Assembly (NCBI GenBank): GCA_009103225.1
Contig: RHPI01003533.1
Coordinates: 1 to 64,000 of the forward strand
From: Chlorokybus atmophyticus
Taxonomy: Eukaryota > Plantae > Mesostigma and Chlorokybus algae
Reading direction: 5' to 3'
Length of the DNA stretch: 64,000 nt
The notes under the pieces are model-generated. The model was given only the letters and a program-made list of their open reading frames with translations. It searched no databases and had not been told where the DNA came from. The first letter of the stretch is position 1. Every line of letters starts with the position of its first letter. Of this stretch, positions 61,130 through 64,000 are shown piece by piece. The translations under genes were made by a program, and so were the position numbers.

Positions 61130-61796
61130 TCTGGCTGCCGCACTGTTATGCTGTATAGTTACCACTTGCATAATGCCTGGCGCATACCAAAAGGAAGTGA
61201 TCTTACAATAGCGAGCCGCCAACAGGCTGTCTGCGCATGCTCTGGGGTATAGTACCTAATGCCATCAGGTGCCTTCCTTAAATGTTATTGTGTTGTGCCT
61301 AGGGGCCTAGGGGTTTGGTAGTATCCAAAAATGTTTATGAGAGGGCGGCTACGGCAGGTTCCACATTGGCATGGAATAACGCCTGTGCTGGAAAGCACAA
61401 CATCAGCACAACCCTCCTGGTTTGTTCATGATGCTCGTGTCTATGACGGACAGTGGCAAGGCTCAGAGCACGACTGAACCAGCCAGCATGAAGCTGAAGG
61501 CGTAGTTTACAAGTGACCAACATGACAGCTGAACCAACATTCAATGCACTGGGAGGGGAGTGAAAATAGCCCTGTAGCCCAGTGGAACAGCTACACCGCG
61601 GTTTGTTTAGGGACGCAAAGTGGAGAGCTAGTGTTACCATGAAGCCTTTGCCAGATGGGACATCATGGGACTTACAGATGAAAACTCTTACACCCAATGC
61701 ACACACGATGCTGTGGACCGTTTGAATTGTCTTTTCTGCATTCAGCCAGCTCAGCTCCGTGCCTCTGTAACTGCAACCAACCAATCAATCAACTAA

Positions 61797-63774
61797 TCAA
61801 GATGCCTTGTTGCTGTCTGCGCTGGTGGATGTTGTCTCATCTGTTGTTGCCTCACTCTCAGGTGTCAATGTCTCAGATGCAGACTGCTGCTGCTGCTGCT
61901 GCTCATCAGACTTATCCTCAGACGAAGTTGATGATGGACTCGTGTCCTCCGTCTGTGACATGGATGCATCGAGTGCGGCTTCAACCACCTCCTCGCTGTT
62001 GGTCGTTTCAGGTGTAACAACAGCGTGACCGGGCGAGCTGGCGGGTTGGTCGGTGCCCTCCGAGACTGGCATGGTCGTGATGTTGGGTTCGTCTGAGACA
62101 GTGCCGGCTTCGGCTCGCTCTTGTCGCCTTGGTGAAGGCGCCCTCATTGGGTTCCTGCAGGGACATAATGGTGTATAACAAGTTGACGAGTGGCTGCCAC
62201 AAACTCACACGTTATACAAAGAGAGTAGCAGAGTGGCTGGACAAAGTGTTGACAAGAAACAACAAGACACTTACAATGCCTTCTGAACTTTGAGCGTGCG
62301 AGTGATGTTCTTGAAAAAGGTCACTGGCAAGTTATCAAGCTTTTCCATGATCTGCTGCGCTCTCTCTGCAAACACCATCATACAAATTAACACACGATCA
62401 GCAACAGAAACTAACCTGACCACAAAGTAATATATTTCCAAGGCCTTACCTTCGCTCTCGACATACAGAAAGCCAAAGCCCTTGGTGAAAAAGTATTTCG
62501 TGCCAGGGTTGTTAGCGGAAGCTTCCTTCATCTTATCGCTATCGTAAGCCACCCTCATCTTCATTCGCGTTGACCCGTCGTCTATCATGCTCATCAGCTG
62601 TGGTAAACAGTTGCCCTGCACACAATTGAGACTATGAGCTACTGCGTAGCTTGATTCCATATATGCTATGTGCTAAAATGTACTGCTGTGTTGCTTGCTT
62701 TTGCGCATATAGCATACGGGAAGTGCATGAGCCTATACGCTGACCACACAAACGTACCCTCAAAGGTATGCCTCCAACGTACAAACACGGCACTCCAGCC
62801 TGTCTATACCACTCATCACCTGCACACATAACATAAGAACAGAGTGCTATTAAGTATAGCGGGATGCAAAATTTTGGGCCGGCGAGAAGCTGAATACCAA
62901 CGTGATACAAAAATAGGTATGTAAACATCAGCTGCTGAAGGTTAAGGGTTTAGTGATGCAAGCAGTGGAACGTTCGCACCTGTGTTGAAATCTCGTTGTC
63001 CCCTTCTCTCAAAGTTGTTTTCAGTGGTAGCTGCATCAGTGGTAGCTGCACTGGACTCCGTGCAGTAAGGCTGTGCTGGTTGAAACACAAAACTGCCAAC
63101 ATACCACAAAGCTGCATCAGCGAGATCTCATGCCATTGCTTCACAATGCGCTATTCAAGCTCATTTTGATAGCCAACAACTGGCAATAGCGCTGGTCGTA
63201 ATCCTGCGTCTAGTAAGCAATGACAGTAGTATACGCTGCAATGGCAGCCCTGACGCGCCCTCACGATCAGCGTCGCTGGTATTCGCTGCAACACTGTCGA
63301 TGACAAACGACTTACGTTCACCAAAAAAACTAAGGGCATGTTTATACTAAACATCAACTGCATACATGCAGCATGTTAACCCACACATTATATGCATATA
63401 TGAAGCACTACTTGTCCACATGCAGGCAGCAACCAATTCACTTGCTATCGCTTGACACGTCGTACATACAACTGCTGAGCCAGCATGACGGTCGTGAACA
63501 GCATGCAATTAAACTCAGTAGTAAGCTGGATCTGCTGAACAGCACATCAACGCCGAGGCGAAGCCAAGGCCTTCTCTCACCTGCGCTGTGGGAAGGCTAG
63601 CGAGCAATGGGAAGAGGGCGGGAGCATGCGGGAGCTAGCAGCGGCGGCCAGGGCATGCCAAGACCTCTGCTGGAAAGTGGCGGCATGCCTGACGCCTGCG
63701 CCCGAGCCCGCAGCCGCCGCAAGCTGCCGCTGCACAGCTAACAACCCCCGCAGCCCTCGCTGCCCGCACGCCAT
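61797..63774 (-). CDS. Putative organelle-targeted RRM RNA-binding protein, multi-exon; middle exons unresolved
   Basis: Arg/Ala-rich N-terminus; RNP2-like LYVGGIP and RNP1-like KGFGFLY with ...AQQIMEKLD...RTLKV; acidic Ser/Thr-rich C-terminal exon. Confidence 0.55.
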
Positions 63775-64000
63775 GGATGCTGACCCTAACTACCGACCTC
63801 AGCTACTAACCCCCAGCTAACCCTTGAAGAACACCACACGCATGCAACGCCCACCGCCACCGCCGCCGCCGCCAGCACCGCCGCCACCGCCGCCGCCGCT
63901 GAGTTCTGCTGAACACAGGTTAGGGTAAAGGATCAGTGAACATCTTCAGTTCGACAGTCCACAAGTGAGAAACATATTTCGCAGCTTCTTCCAGCAGGCA

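Overview
Eukaryotic nuclear DNA, very probably from a green alga (intron-rich GWD, AzgA-type permease and CaMK genes, TTTAGGG telo-boxes, TGTAA-type poly(A) signals, half-tRNA-primed Copia elements). About 1-37.5 kb is a nested transposon island. It holds the 3' part of an intact chromodomain Ty3/Gypsy element with a -1 frameshift signal, a spliced gene joining a Tudor-like reader to a bacterial/phage-type C5 DNA methyltransferase, and a near-intact Copia element. It also holds a large decayed Ty3/Gypsy element whose polyprotein carries its own, unrelated C5 DNA methyltransferase between protease and RT plus a C-terminal PHD finger. That element is interrupted by a second Copia family, which in turn contains a rearranged Copia with inverted ends, and by a solo LTR. 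A CACTA-like transposase with a dense GGWCC palindrome array follows. About 39-64 kb is ordinary genic DNA: an NAD-dependent epimerase/DFR-like gene, a NELF-C/D (TH1) homologue, alpha-glucan water dikinase, an AzgA purine permease, a myristoylated CaMK-like kinase and an RRM protein. Several single-N junctions and one N gap mark assembly artefacts. Domain calls come from motifs read by eye; no database searches were run.
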